Shown here: positions 13,191 to 26,651 of the stretch, in pieces
Position numbering within the stretch: the first letter of the stretch is position 1
How the letters are laid out: every line of letters begins with the position of its first letter
NCBI RefSeq assembly: GCF_964355755.1
Contig: NC_092676.1
Coordinates: 439,788-503,787, forward strand
Reading direction: 5' to 3'
Source of the DNA: Antedon mediterranea
Taxonomy: Eukaryota > Animalia > Echinodermata
DNA: 64,000 nt
Program-made: the position numbers and the translations under genes
The notes under the pieces: generated by a model
Told to the model about the DNA's origin: nothing
Databases searched by the model: none
Seen by the model: the letters and a program-made list of their open reading frames with translations, nothing else

Positions 13191-13982
13191 TAGGTAGTAA
13201 TATTTGGTAATCAATGAATTGTATTTTTCGTTTATCGGTATGGCAGCTACTAGGCTAGCTTATATTTATACGTAGGGTAATAAAGTCTGGCAATTTGAAA
13301 CAGTTTTGTGTGCGTTTTTAAACCCGTCCCATATCGTACGTACGGTCCTCTCTACTTTCTAGGCCCGGATAGGGTTTATCATAGCAAAGGTGAAACAGGT
13401 ATGTACAGTAGTCCAGTGTTGTAAGAAGGAAGTAGGCCAATCCTAGGCCTACTTGTTGAGTTATTTTTCTCCCAGGGGGTTTGGGTCCAAATGCTGAAAT
13501 GAAACTGGAAAACGTTCTTCTCTTAATTAACAAAAGGCAGTAACATTTATCAATATATTTGAATACATGTAACATTTAATATTTAATATATTATTTTCTA
13601 AAAGTTAATACAATAATAATATTATAATTAATATCAATAACATTCATTAATTAATTATTAATAACAAGATGATATGAATATTTTACTTGAAAAATGAAAG
13701 TTATACCTTTTTTATTAAAAAAAAAATTTTTTCTAAATTTAAAATTAATTTGGAAAACAAATCTAGGCTTAATGACCTAATTGTTAATATTGTTATTTTT
13801 AATGAAGAATTTAAAGATATTCAATTCAATCATTTTATTTCGTCTTTCTTTCATCACCTTAGTTGCTAGTATCCGTGGTGGTTAGAGGAAATAAATCAAT
13901 TGCAAACATCAAACAATCTTGCATATTTTTTGTTTTTTCACAGCCAAGTTCCAGAATGATAATGTAAATAGTTAGCAATGCA

Positions 13983-16900
13983 ATGTCAGAACCACTAGGC
14001 CAATCAAACGGAATGAATTGGAGTGCCAGCCATTTACTTCTTGACAATGGTAACACAGAAGAACTCCTACTTCCCATCAAGGCTACAGAAAGGATTAAAG
14101 TATACTAGAATCGTTATTTTTTAGTATAAATTACTGCGATTTATCTGTATTGAAATCATATAACTTTCACATACCACTGGCAGTTGTGTATACTGGGGTA
14201 TAAAAGTTGTACACACACTGTAACATTTCTGAATAAATGTTTGTAAAGCTCTGTCTACACTATCAAACTTTATGTGAAAAAAAATGTTACATGGTGATGA
14301 AGTCATATCACTACCATATTTGGGTATATCACACTAGTTTGATAGTATAGACTGAGATTTATTATCTGTATTGCATTGCAACCATATATATAAGTATAAC
14401 TGTCTCATACCACTGGTAGTTGTGTATATATATTGGGGTATAACAGTTGTAAGCATACTGTAAAATTGAAGATAACATAAGATTAAAAAAATAGGATTAA
14501 AAAAAAAAATTATTTTGGTTAATATATTGCATCTATATTAATTGATTTTCAGTACACATGTGTGGCCTTGTCAAAACGTTTTATTGCATTTGGTGCTACC
14601 TCTGGTGGACTTTATATTTTTCAAAGAGATACTCACAAATACTTACAAGTTATAGTAAACAAGGTTAGTTGTTTCATAATAATAAAATTGTGCTCTTATT
14701 TACTGTTCTTGTGTACACTTGGCCATCATTGACAGATACATTATAGTGTCAGATGATACATTATAGTATCAGGTGATACATTATAGTATCAGGTGACTTT
14801 AATGCTGGTGTTTATACCATGCTATTTGAATGCCAAAAAACCAGCTTTATTTCCTTATGTTTCATCAATATTAATATATAATGTTATTGATGATGTCATA
14901 ATTCTACCAATGTATTTGTTTCATTCAGGTTAAATTTGAAACACTCTCAAATATTGTAGTGATATGATATCATCATGTCCATACCTATATGGGCACATAT
15001 GTTTTTGTCACATAAAATTTGATAGTGTAAACAGAGCTTAGTAATAATTCTTGTTTTATAGGAGGGCTCAGTAACCCATGTGAAGTTTGCACCAGATGAT
15101 AATCTTGTTGGCTTATCTACCAAGTAAGTTAATTATTTCCTAACTGATTATATTTTCTTTCAAACTATCGTTTCTTGTTGAGTGAACCTTGTAGAAGTGT
15201 GTTAACAAAATGTAAGTAAGTTAGTAGTGTGTGCATGAATGAACCCAACTTTTTTTAAAGTTATACACAACTTTAACCCCAATCATGGAGAAATAAGTTA
15301 ATTTTCACTAATATCCAAACTCCCTATGTTGAATTGGGACACATCATTGAAACAATGCAACAATTACTTTATCATACCAAGCTATGCCGTTACACAGTTA
15401 ATATCAATTACTTTATCATACCAAGCTATGCCGTTACACAGTTAATATCAATTACTTTATCATACCAAGCTATGCCGTTACACAGTTAATATCAATTACT
15501 TTATCATACCAAGCTATGCCGTTACACAGTTAATATCAATTACTTTATCATACCAAGCTATGCCGTTACACAGTTAATATCAATTACTTTATCATACCAA
15601 GCTATGCCGTTACACAGTTAATATCAATTACTTTATCATACCAAGCTATGCCGTTACACAGTTAATATCAATTACTTTATCATACCAAGCTATGCCGTTA
15701 CACAGTTAATATCAAGATTATTAACTGTAGAGTATAATAAGAAAATAATAAGAACAACTTTAAAACTTTTATAATAACAATATTTATTCAACATCAATAG
15801 TTTACAGACAGTTTACATAGTTTATGGTGAAGACACACAGAAGCCAAAGTGACTTGTCTTTGTAGTCCGTAAGCATAAAACATAGACGGATGCATTACAA
15901 TTACAAAAAAATGACATTTTGAGACAGAAAAAGAAAAAATACAAAGTGAGATAAAGCAAAATAGTTTCAACTCCATGATGCAGTAGCAATAGTAGCTAGC
16001 AACATAATTATTATTAGTATCCTCTTTGTTTTTTAGAACTACCGAATGATGTTTGAAAGTTTGTGTGCATATAGATATTAATAGTCTTTTTGTTAAAAGT
16101 ATAATGTCTATATCATCATCTAGCAAGTAACTGTTTTTTTAGAACTACCGAATGATGTTTGGAAGTTTGTGTGTATGTTTAACATATTATTATAAAAGTC
16201 TCCCTCTTTGTTTTTGTTTAAAGTAATGGGTATATCGTCATCTGGCAACTAAATGTTGTGAACCGAAAGAAACCAGAATTGTTGATGACATCATTCGCTC
16301 ATAAAGGATCCAACATCACCTGTCTACAATGGAATGATACCAGCCATAGACTATATTCAGGGGACAATAAGGGAAAAGTTACTTTAACTAATGTATACAG
16401 CAGAAAGGTAAGTAAGTTGCTTTAACCAGGGAGTTGTAATTAGGTTGCAACTCCCTGGTTAAACCAATGTTTTCATCAGAAATGTAAGATTGATTGATAT
16501 TGATTGCAATCAATCAATTCATCAATCAATCAATACTCAAATGAATTGACAAACTTTCCTGAGAATGATCCATTAGATCAAGGAGTGTAATTTAATATTT
16601 TGAAACTGATTTTGTAGGTGTCTGGACTTTTACAACTGCCAACGGCTCCTATCGTCAGCTTGGATTCAGCAATTGTTCAACTTGATTTCATTAAAGACTT
16701 CTTGCTTGTTTCGTCGCACAATAAATGTCATATTTGCAATATTAAAAGGTAACTTTGATTCCATGGACGACACATACCTAATTTACCAGTATGATATATA
16801 CACTGGTAAAATACAATACGCCAGTGTAAACAGTTTTTGTAAAGAATATTATGCTAATTAGAATATGTTACTATTACTGTATTGAAATATGGTGATAACC

Positions 16901-19900
16901 ATATTGTTTGATATTAACAGGTACGTTATTATTGGTTACTTTAAAACATTACTTGTACATTATCCGTCTCTTTAAAATCAACAAATGCTAATTATAACAT
17001 TTAATTGTCTCTTTAAAATGTGTTTTATAAAATAGAATAAAACATTAGTCTACAATATGTAATTTTTAAAATAGAGACAATAATTTTGTATATAAATTTT
17101 AAAAATATATAATATATACACTATCGATCTTGATGAATGTAAAGTAATTTCTAGAAAATTGTATTATTATTTAGTCAGCTAATCTATTTAATTATTGTTT
17201 TTTTAAATAACTTGTATTTTTTATTGTTTTTTAGGCAGCAGTTTTACTCTGTTGGCAAAAAACTAAGGTGAGATATTTTGCATTGTAATTTAAAAGTTTT
17301 AATATGAACACCTTTAGTTATAACAGGCTGTACCAACCCTGAAGCATAAACGACTCTCCTTTTAAACTCTGACCATTCTTTCTGTGTCATTGTTATGTAA
17401 TGATTTATATATAGTATATTTTTAACATCTTGTTCTTTTTTTAGAGATGGACTGTATGGCGCCTGTTTCTATTTGAAGAGTAAGGAGCCAGAGGATGTTG
17501 TCATTTACTCTGCTCGTCCAGGATCAAGACTTTGGGAGGTTTGCGTTTATATGTATTTAAACCAACCTCGTAAATAGGTTTTAATTTGTTCTGAAAGGAG
17601 TGAGTACGATCAAAGTGTATTGATCAAATCGTGGAAAAACTCTTTTCAGAACTAACTATACGTGGTGACGTACCACAAACTTTATATCAACAAATCACAA
17701 TAATTTATTTCAATTTTTGTATACTTATCGTGCAGGCTAATTTGAATGGGGAGGTTGTTGCGACACACCAGTTTAAACGACAACTTGCAATACCTGACCT
17801 CGCAATCATTAATTTTCAGTAAGTTTATAACATCTGCTAGTAATATCTTACTTATTTTGAATACCATTATACTCTATTTACATACATGCCAACATATTTA
17901 GTGCAGAAAACTACACATATATACTGTAACAAAATTCAGTTATCTTTGTAATCCGGGAGAAAATGTTGAAAAGCGGAAGCACAGGAGTGTTGGCATGTCT
18001 GTATTTAATTTAAATTTTAGATTATCCATCAACTTGATTTAAATTTAATTTTATAATTTTACTTTTTGTTAGAGAGGATGAGCGATACCCAGAAACTGAT
18101 GATCATCATCCACCCCAGGCACTTAATTTCCCACGTTTGCTAAAAGTGTAAGTAAACTCTGATATCATTATTTCATAAAAAATCATGTGGGACACCTTCT
18201 ATTTTTAAACATTTTGTAATCGTTTGTGCCAAAAACAAGCATTTCGGAAATGTTTAAGTAGATAAAATTAATGGGAGAGAATCGAATGAAGTTATTGACA
18301 ATTTTAAAAACCTACATTTATCATGAGAAATATGAAATATTTTAATTTATTTCTGTTGGCAGTGAACAGTTCATAATGTCTTGGAATGAGAAAGCCATCT
18401 ATTTTCTGGATACTAGCACTGGTAAGGTAGTGCTTTGGTCCAGGCCACCTGCAGGTATGCCATCCAAATAAAGGATTTCTTTCCAGTGAGGGCTTTAATT
18501 AGAATACCCGATATATACATTAGGTTCACCCCGTTATTTTTAGGACCTTTCTGGGCATTTGCCCTTCTACCATAATTCCTAGATCCGTCACTGAGCTGTA
18601 TCCCATATATTTCCTAAAGCTCTGTCTACACTATCAAACTAGTTCGACAAAAAAGTGTTATGTGCCCAAATATGGTAGTGATATGCTTAAATATGGTAGT
18701 GATATGACATCATGTTCATAAATGGGCACATCACACTTTTTTGTCACATAAAGTTTGATAGTGTAGACAGAGCTTCAGAGTGATAAAATAAATCTCAATG
18801 TATGAATATGCATTATGTCATCCATTAGCTCTCAACAATTACATTACAGTATTTTGTTGTTTGTTGTTTTGAAGGTATACAGTTCTTGTCTAGTTATAAA
18901 TCTGAAATTTACTACCTAGACAACCAAAGCAGGATAAATAAACTGTCGTTTTTGACGATCGAACGATGCATTGTGCGACTGTTCATCAAGAAAGCTTGGA
19001 AACTCTGTGCTTCCGTTTGTCACCAGTTCTCAGAAAACCTCACCACAATAAAATCAAAGAGACTCGTGTCTGTTAACTTTCTAAAAGACATCAAAGAAAA
19101 TTTAACCAAACTTGAAAAGACAGAAGATTTGATTGGCTCTCTAGATGATGTGATTTATCAAGTAGAGCAATTTATTATGGAAGTGGGACACTCTGGATCG
19201 AGTAGTAGAAGAAGTAGTATTGAATCTGCGGAGAGTGTACGATTGGAGTCGGGGATCTACCTCGTTAAAAGTCGTAGAAGTAGTGAGGAATCCTTAGAGA
19301 GAATGCTGCAAAGTATGAATGAAGACCATTCTCTTCCTGCTTCCCCAAATCTTGTTGATAATGGTAATGTACTTAATGATACAAAAGAGTTTAATCATAA
19401 TGAACTTAGTGTTGAAACTAAGCAACAACTTAATGGAGGCTCAGTAGTGAACCCAAGTATATCTCAAGTATGTGAAGATAATTTTCAAAAAGATTTGATT
19501 TCGCAACAAAATGTTGAATTAACTGAAGAAAACTTCCAGAAATGTCTTTCAAGCCAGGAGGATAGTGAACCACAAAGTAAATGTGGGGAAAGCAGAGTAG
19601 GTGGAGTGATAGCTGCTGAATATCAAGAAACCGGTATATCAATGATCAATGTAGATTGCCTAAAGTCAACAGATATTCAACACAATGATATTGAATTCAA
19701 ACCTACATCACCAGAACTTGCAAAAAGTCACAATACGATAATTGCAGAGACAAACATAATTGCAGACGTATCGAAACAGTCTAGCGATGAAATAGTAGAT
19801 GATTCTCGTGATTTGGTATTATCGAAAACTCCTGTCGTCATAGTTACTGCTCATTCTGTAAATGAAACTGGAGACAGAAATGAAACTGAGAATGTTGTAG

Positions 19901-22900
19901 ATTTGAATGAAAACGAGAAAAGTGATTTGTTTGCTGAAAGTGCGTATGAACCTGTCATGCGAAGAACTGAAAGCTTCTCAGGTTCAAGTAACCATGACAA
20001 AAGGACAATAATTGAAAGAAGTAAATCGATGTCAAATTATGAGTCTACAAGTCCAAAACCTTCAAGAAAACTTAGAAAAAAGAAGAGTAAAACTAAAAGC
20101 AGAGTAGCGGAAATTGGTAATGTTTCATTCTTGTTTTCTTAAGATAATTTATCACATCAACCAAATGTTGTTAATTAACAAGGAAATAACACTCCTTCTA
20201 AATTACTATCTTAATAAGTACATTGTTTCAGAAACATTTTATAAGAATTAGCAATAATAGTTTGTTTAACCTTTTGCATATAATTTTGTTAATAATTTGC
20301 TCTTAAAGTATTATTACTTTTTAACATTTTTGTAAAATTGTAGCAAATGTTAGTTTAATTTTGTCTTTCAGGTGAAGTGAAAAAATCAAAAGACAAAGTA
20401 AGTATATTAGAAGATAAAAAAGCAGATGAGCCGCTGAAGCCACGCCCAATTAATTTGAATTTATCAAATAAGTCACCGTCAAGAAGATCAAATAGCCCAC
20501 TCTTTGAGAAGCTTTTTGAGTCGGATGAAACAAAAGGTTCGGGGCAACGACAGATTTCAATTCCATTTGCAGCTGTCAAAGTTAGGTAAGCAATTCTAAA
20601 GCCCTGTCCACACTATCAAAGTTTATGTGATGTGCCCATATATGGACATCACTACCATATTTGAGCATATCACTTTCAAATTTTGCCACATCACACTTTT
20701 TTGTCAAACTAGTTTGATAGTGGTAGACAGAGCTTAAAGCAATTTGTAAAATTATAATTAGAAAAGTAAAACTAACTTTCTCATATGTAATTTAAATATG
20801 TTTGTATTGTGTAAGGTTGTCCTACATACATATTTCATAGGTTGAGTTGGAGACACACCCATTGAGAAGTGTTGTTTAAACAGCATTAAACTAATTTAAT
20901 ATTTGTATATTCCAGCCTCAGTTCAACTTACTCAAAAACGAAAGAATTTGTAAAAGCTAAACTTGACTCAAATAAGAAATCACCAGTCACAGTTGAGGAT
21001 GAAATGATGTCATCATCAGGTCAAGTTTCACCTGTAGCACCAATAGACGTGACTGACACAGGTGATATTTTGGTGAAAGCGTGTGAAACATCCGAAAACT
21101 ATTCACCGTTTGAAGAAGCTACTATCTCTACAAGGTGAGATTCTCTCCTCTTTTATCATTCCTACTGTAGATTTAAAAACTTGAGAAAGTACTCAGACAT
21201 ATGTTTAAAATGCTTAAATTAGGCCAATGAAGTAAACGTTTAAATTAGGCCAATGAAGTAAACGTTTAAATTAGGCCAATGAAGTAAACGTTTAAATTAG
21301 GCCAATAAAGTAAACGTTTAAATTAGGCCAATGAAGTAAACGTTTAAATTAGGCCAATGAAGTAAACGTTTTCAGTTTTAAATTCAGGTACAATTAATTG
21401 CTTTATGTTTTTCATGTTGTCTTTCGTGTTTTATGTCAATTAAAATCAATAATCCTGAATTTACTGTGTTGCATAAAAATAACTTTATTTTTGTTTCTAG
21501 GATAAAATTACAGCATCCTCTAATACTCTACGATATTAATATGTGTCGTGAAGTGTTAGAGCAATGGCTGTTGGACCTGCAAACGGCCTATGAAACTAAT
21601 CAGCAGTTTAAACCAGAGGTAACAGGCGTTGATGAAGAAAATGAGCTTACAGAAAATCAGACGCAAACTGACACAACGATACTTGACACTAAAATTGAGT
21701 CAGTTGAACACGATAATTTGGTACAGGCAGTAGAAGAAAATGAATCGGTTGAAAGTGACGATCAACTACCAGAAGAAGACAAAACAAGCCTTCCTAAAGA
21801 CAATGAGAAGAGCAAAGATGATGAAGTAGTGAAGTTAGTTACAAAAAATAAGCAGACTGAATACGAGCATCACTTACAAGAAGAAACAGACTGTGATGAA
21901 ACACTTTCAAATCTTGAACTAATTACTGATTCTAGTGTTGGTAGTTCTTGGAATTTCCCATTGAGAGATTCTCTCCATGATCATGCATCTCAGCTACTTA
22001 TGATGTGCTTTGAGATCCAACTTTTTCCAGATCTTAAACATTTGAATCTCAACCAATCAAATGAAATCTCAGCAACCAATCAGAATCCATCTCTAACATT
22101 TGAAGCAGCAGATTGTTCTGCCTCAAAACCATCTGAATGTTCTGGAGAGACATTAGACGTGAAAGCTGCAAGATTTATCAGACAATTCTCACATTTTTTG
22201 GACATTAATCGAATTAGACTTGTGATGAGTTCATGGCAAGGTTCAAGGCAGAAGACTTACAGTGAAATATGCAATCTGTTTGCTGGTTAGTAGTAGTAAA
22301 TTGTTTATTTATTTTTTATTATTCTGCAAACTTTTAACTGCAGAATTTTGGAATAGAAATTTGTTTTTTTGTCAGTAGATTATTCAGTTAAATATTGTTA
22401 AAATATTAATACACATCACTGTATTTGTAGTTCACAACATCAAGATTTACATACAGGATAATTAATTCATTTTACACTGATGTTTGTGTTTTAAGATTCG
22501 TTTGGGGAGAAGCAAGATCGTAACTGTAAAAGTGCTTTATGTGAGAAAAGAGAAATACAACAACGCAAGCATTACAAAGATGTTTACAGGATTTTGACGT
22601 AAGAACAACTTCTTTTCCGAAGTTTAAAGTAGTCGTCCATATCATATTGTTGATCAAGTAACATATTTCTTGTTCTATAACCAAAAATATATATTTATTG
22701 TAAAATTTAATCTTTTAGATTGCTTGACAGTGAAGAGAAATTGGTAGAGAGGCTAGTAGATTCTGACTTAAGAATTTGGGAAGTGAAAGAGTTATTTGAG
22801 ATATACCAGCCAGAGAAAGCACAAAGACTGTTTGCCAAGTACATCGCAGCTGAGCTTAAAGAGGATCTTGGAAATGGGTACTACATTTTTTTAATTTAAA

Positions 22901-25900
22901 GAAACAGATTCATTTATTAAAGGGAGACACTCAAACCTATCCATCAATATTTATATACAGTTCAATCCCTCTCAGGTCTTTATGATGGGCAGACAACTTG
23001 TTTTCACTCTCAACACAATTACAAGATATTGAAATGATGATGTACATATTTTAATTTCAGTTGCAACTGTTTAGATGAGGTTATAGATGATAATGGTGTA
23101 GCTGGCTACCTTGTTAATTCTATATTTAACTGTAATACCATAGCAACCAAGATGTCTATTTGTAGTTGCAAGGCTCCCAGGTACGTTTGGGTAATTCAAT
23201 TATGGAGGAATTATTTAGAATATCATCTGATAATCAATGGATGCTTGCACAATTTGTTTAGCTCTATGAATTTGCTTATAAACGGTGCTTTTAGAAACTA
23301 CTATTCTTTATAATGTGATAATGCGGTGAATTTATGTAAGAAATTACTGTAGCCTAGGCATAGAAAGTAAAATAAATAGTAAAATCAATTCAGGAGACAA
23401 CAAGTACTAATTTGTGTATATTTAGCACCTGTGTTTAGTTTAAAATGGTTCTGAATTACACTATTGTTTGTTATAAAGAAAGTTACTTTTATTTTACTGT
23501 AATAATGCTACAGAAAGTGAATTCACTCTACACTAATATGAAATATGCTGGCTGTTTCTGACGTTGCTACCTGCATGTTCACGCTAATTTTAATGGGCTA
23601 TTGATACATTAAAGCAACAGTAACACAATTACCGGTAGTAATTAAAATTAGTATATTGAAATAATTTGACCTTCACTCTTGTACAATAGATGCGGATCTC
23701 ATACTGTAGTCTGGCAATACAAACAGATACTAGACAAATTAATCGTTGAAATGGCGACACCCAAAATGGCCGACATGTGTAAAGATCGGGGGTAAGTTAT
23801 TTTTGTGTAATTTTATTTCTACTAAAATTTCTATAAAATAACATTTTTTCTTCTAACATGACTAAACATTTGTTTTTTTTAAAGTTATTGGCGTGGATGC
23901 TTGGAATTGAGTGCTTATTTACCAAGGGAGACAATATTACATATTGTATGGTGTCTTGGAGATGTTAATATCCTGCAAGCCAAAAGTATGTGTTATTGGA
24001 TAATTAGTATTTAGAGGTTTTCTGTGTTTAAATAGGTGAAATTTTAACCCTTTTCTCACTACCATACTTGCAATGAGGCAATATTCATTTCGGAATCATT
24101 TCTATGCATCGTAGACAGTGTTTACTGAAATGTAAACCTGTATTTACTTTACACAACACCTGTATATTACCACTTTACTCAACAAGAGTTACTGTGAATA
24201 TCTGGCTGGTATTGTCATTTTGCCTGAATTACCCCTTTCAGATAGGATATACCGGTAAGGTTAGGAGTATATATTAATTTTTTTTTTCATGTTGTTTGTT
24301 TTTTTCTAGATTTATCACCGACATCTTCTGAAGAATGGCGTTATATCTTAGAGCATATTTCACAACTTAAAGCATTTCAAGAAAGAGAAATTGAAACATC
24401 TATAAAATGTCTGCAATGTTTAACAGAACAAAATGCTACATTGTTGCCAAGTGATACTACTGATTCAACCAATCATGTAGTAAAACCAACAAACACAATC
24501 ACATGGGAGAATACTGTTCAACTATTGGCTAAAACTGTAGGTCCTCAGACTGCTATAGATCTCTTAGGACAGTTTACCTTTCCAAAGAACACAATCTCTC
24601 CTGAATTCTTCCACAATTGCATTATGGGAATAGTCATAGATAGAAATCAAAGGTAAGAGGGATTATTTAATTTGCATACATCATGTTTGGTAAACTTGAT
24701 ATGAATAAAGCTCTGTCTACACCATCAAATTATGATAGTGATATGCCCAAATATAGTTGTGATAATGACTTCATCATGTCTATATATGGGCACATCAATG
24801 TCACATAAAGTTTGATAGTGTAGACAGAGCTTCATAGTAAGATTAAGACACATCTTTCAAATGAAAACAACAATTGGAATAAACTGTTTAATCATAGGTT
24901 GTTAACGCATGCAATGTTGGAGAAGGTTGATTCTTACCTTTGGTCCAAACGACAGAATGCGTTGCCACAGCAACTGAAACAGTTTGTGAAAGAGGAGCAT
25001 AGATGCCTATTAGCAGGATCAAGTACTAAGCCAAAGGAGGTAAGTACATGCTAAGGTTTGAGTTGAGTTGGGAATGGAGCTGTGGCTTGGTGGTTATGAT
25101 GCTTGGCTACCAATCTAAGGGTCCTGGGTTCAAGTCCTGTCCTATGTCAGGTTTTTTTTCTCATGACAATTTACAACTCCACTCCCAAAGACTTAATAAT
25201 AAGTCTTTGTCTATGTAGAGCATCTTGTGTATATGTTTGTCTTATATGTTCTAGTGCAGTATTTGGAGAGCCATCTCGATAGTGCTTTGCACTCATGGCA
25301 ATCCTCAGGGTGCTGCACTGCTGTATTGTCATGTATTGTTGTGCCTGAAAATTGAATAAAATAAAAAAAAATAAAAAAGTTTTATCTTTGGTCCATAGTT
25401 TGTACTACGACTCAGCCATTCTAAGGATTCAGTGTAGGTAGTGCCCAGGAGGCCGGCCATTAAATTTCACAAAACAACTTGATTATTAACTTTTGATGTA
25501 ACATTTTGTTTATAGCCAAGCTTTAAGGGAACACTTTCTGGTAGGGAACATTTCTTGGAAGAGCCACTTAGTCACTGGGGTGTTAATGTGTCTTTGAATA
25601 CGTGAGTATATTATTCTACATCTTTTTAAAGGAGGATAGGGAGTTGATAATACGTTTTTATATTATTCTACATCTTTTTAAAGGAGGATAGGGAGTTGAT
25701 AACTAAAATTCATTAAGTTTTACCTTAATTCCTACACATTATTTATATGTATGTCCTATGCAGCAGCTATGCTATTTTCCCCAATTTGTTAAGGCTGCTC
25801 TGAAAACTCTTTTTTTTTCTCTTAGTTTTCCACTTTTCATTTCTTGAGGCTTTGCATAATGCACTATATAAGTCCTATTTATTATTATTATCATCTAAAA

Positions 25901-26311
25901 ATGTGCTTCATATGGCATGTTTTGGATAATAAATGATAATACATGTATTTTGTCAACAATAAATAAATGAAAATAAATGTTATATTTCAGGGATTGTCTT
26001 GTTTGTGGTCTTCAAGTCACCATGCAAGTATCTGATTCTTCTCCAGGTCTTCTGGTGTTTCCTTGTGGTAAGTCTTGTTCAGTTTTTTTGATTATTATTC
26101 GAATTTTGTACAAATAGTTTAATTTATTTCACCTAAAATATTGCAGCATTAAATGATGCCTATGCAGTACAAAGTTTGTGTAAATTAGTGTTGAGATACA
26201 TGACATAATGGTAATACATTTGACCTCTTCTTTGTTTTTTTAGGTCATATATTTCACACAGAATGCATTCCTGAGAAGTTCTGCATGGTTTGTTTCTATT
26301 CAAAAAAGTAG
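13983..26311 (+). CDS. HPS5: BLOC-2 subunit HPS5 (WD40 propeller, solenoid, C-terminal RING-H2)
   Basis: Exons 13983-14099, 14553-14663, 15062-15123, 16224-16407, 16618-16748, 17235-17267, 17445-17538, 17736-17818, 18073-18147, 18363-18454, 18875-20116, 20372-20585, 20916-21134, 21501-22285, 22496-22598 (tentative), 22719-22877, 23061-23180, 23690-23791, 23885-23985, 24310-24652, 24898-25039, 25516-25601, 25991-26067, 26244-26311. Motifs [98 protein letters not shown]. Confidence 0.9.
14247..14356. mobile_element. MITE family A copy
   Basis: TIRs and core; it lies between two diverged copies of a ~90-bp local duplication. Confidence 0.75.
14930..15038. mobile_element. MITE family A copy (left end degenerate)
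   Basis: Core plus right TIR TTTGATAGTGTAAACAGAGCT. Confidence 0.65.
15361..15712. repeat. Tandem array, 44 bp x 8, apparently identical units
   Basis: Unit CAATTACTTTATCATACCAAGCTATGCCGTTACACAGTTAATAT. Confidence 0.95.
18618..18774. mobile_element. MITE family A, best-preserved copy (PIF/Harbinger-Tourist-like; superfamily is inference)
   Basis: TIRs AGCTCTGTCTACACTATCAAACT / AGTTTGATAGTGTAGACAGAGCT, near-palindromic body, TA/TAA-type flanks across copies; about 12 copies in the window. Confidence 0.9.
20600..20734. mobile_element. MITE family A copy
   Basis: Both TIRs, TAA on both sides. Confidence 0.8.
21214..21370. repeat. Tandem array, 26 bp x 6
   Basis: Unit TTAAATTAGGCCAATGAAGTAAACGT. 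Confidence 0.95.
24709..24832. mobile_element. MITE family A copy
   Basis: Both TIRs and core. Confidence 0.8.
25076..25378 (+). mobile_element. tRNA-derived SINE in an HPS5 intron
   Basis: A box TGGCTTGGTGG, B box GGTTCAAGTCC, ~230-bp body, A-rich tail. Confidence 0.8.
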
Positions 26312-26515
26312 TGAGGTATAGTTAGTGTTGGCATAAAAATTGGGATAATTCATATCATTTAAAAGCTGTATGACTAGCTAATTGAACAAACAACTTAAAC
26401 AAGAATTGAAGTAATGGATACATAATGCATCTGGTATATTTTAGATGTAGACATTTGAATATACAGTAATACTCAGCTTTGAAATAATACTGAAGGAATG
26501 CAATCTTATTACTAA

Positions 26516-26651
26516 AGCTCTGTCTACACTATCAAACTTTCTGTAACCCAAAAAATTGTGATGTGCCCATATATGGACATGATGATGTCATATCACTACC
26601 ATATTTGGGCACTTTTTTTGTTACATAAAGTTTGATGATGTAGACAGAGCT
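26516..26651. mobile_element. MITE family A copy downstream of the HPS5 stop
   Basis: Both TIRs and core. Confidence 0.8.

Noticed and set aside
15361-15712. This and the other tandem arrays as CRISPR arrays
   Set aside because: Units are contiguous with no unique spacers, there are no cas genes, and the context is eukaryotic.
25076-25150. Functional tRNA gene
   Set aside because: The acceptor stem is poor and the sequence continues into a SINE body with an A-rich tail.
13983-26311. TECPR2 as an alternative identity
   Set aside because: It shares the N-terminal propeller, but no TECPR repeats are seen and the C-terminal motifs fit HPS5.
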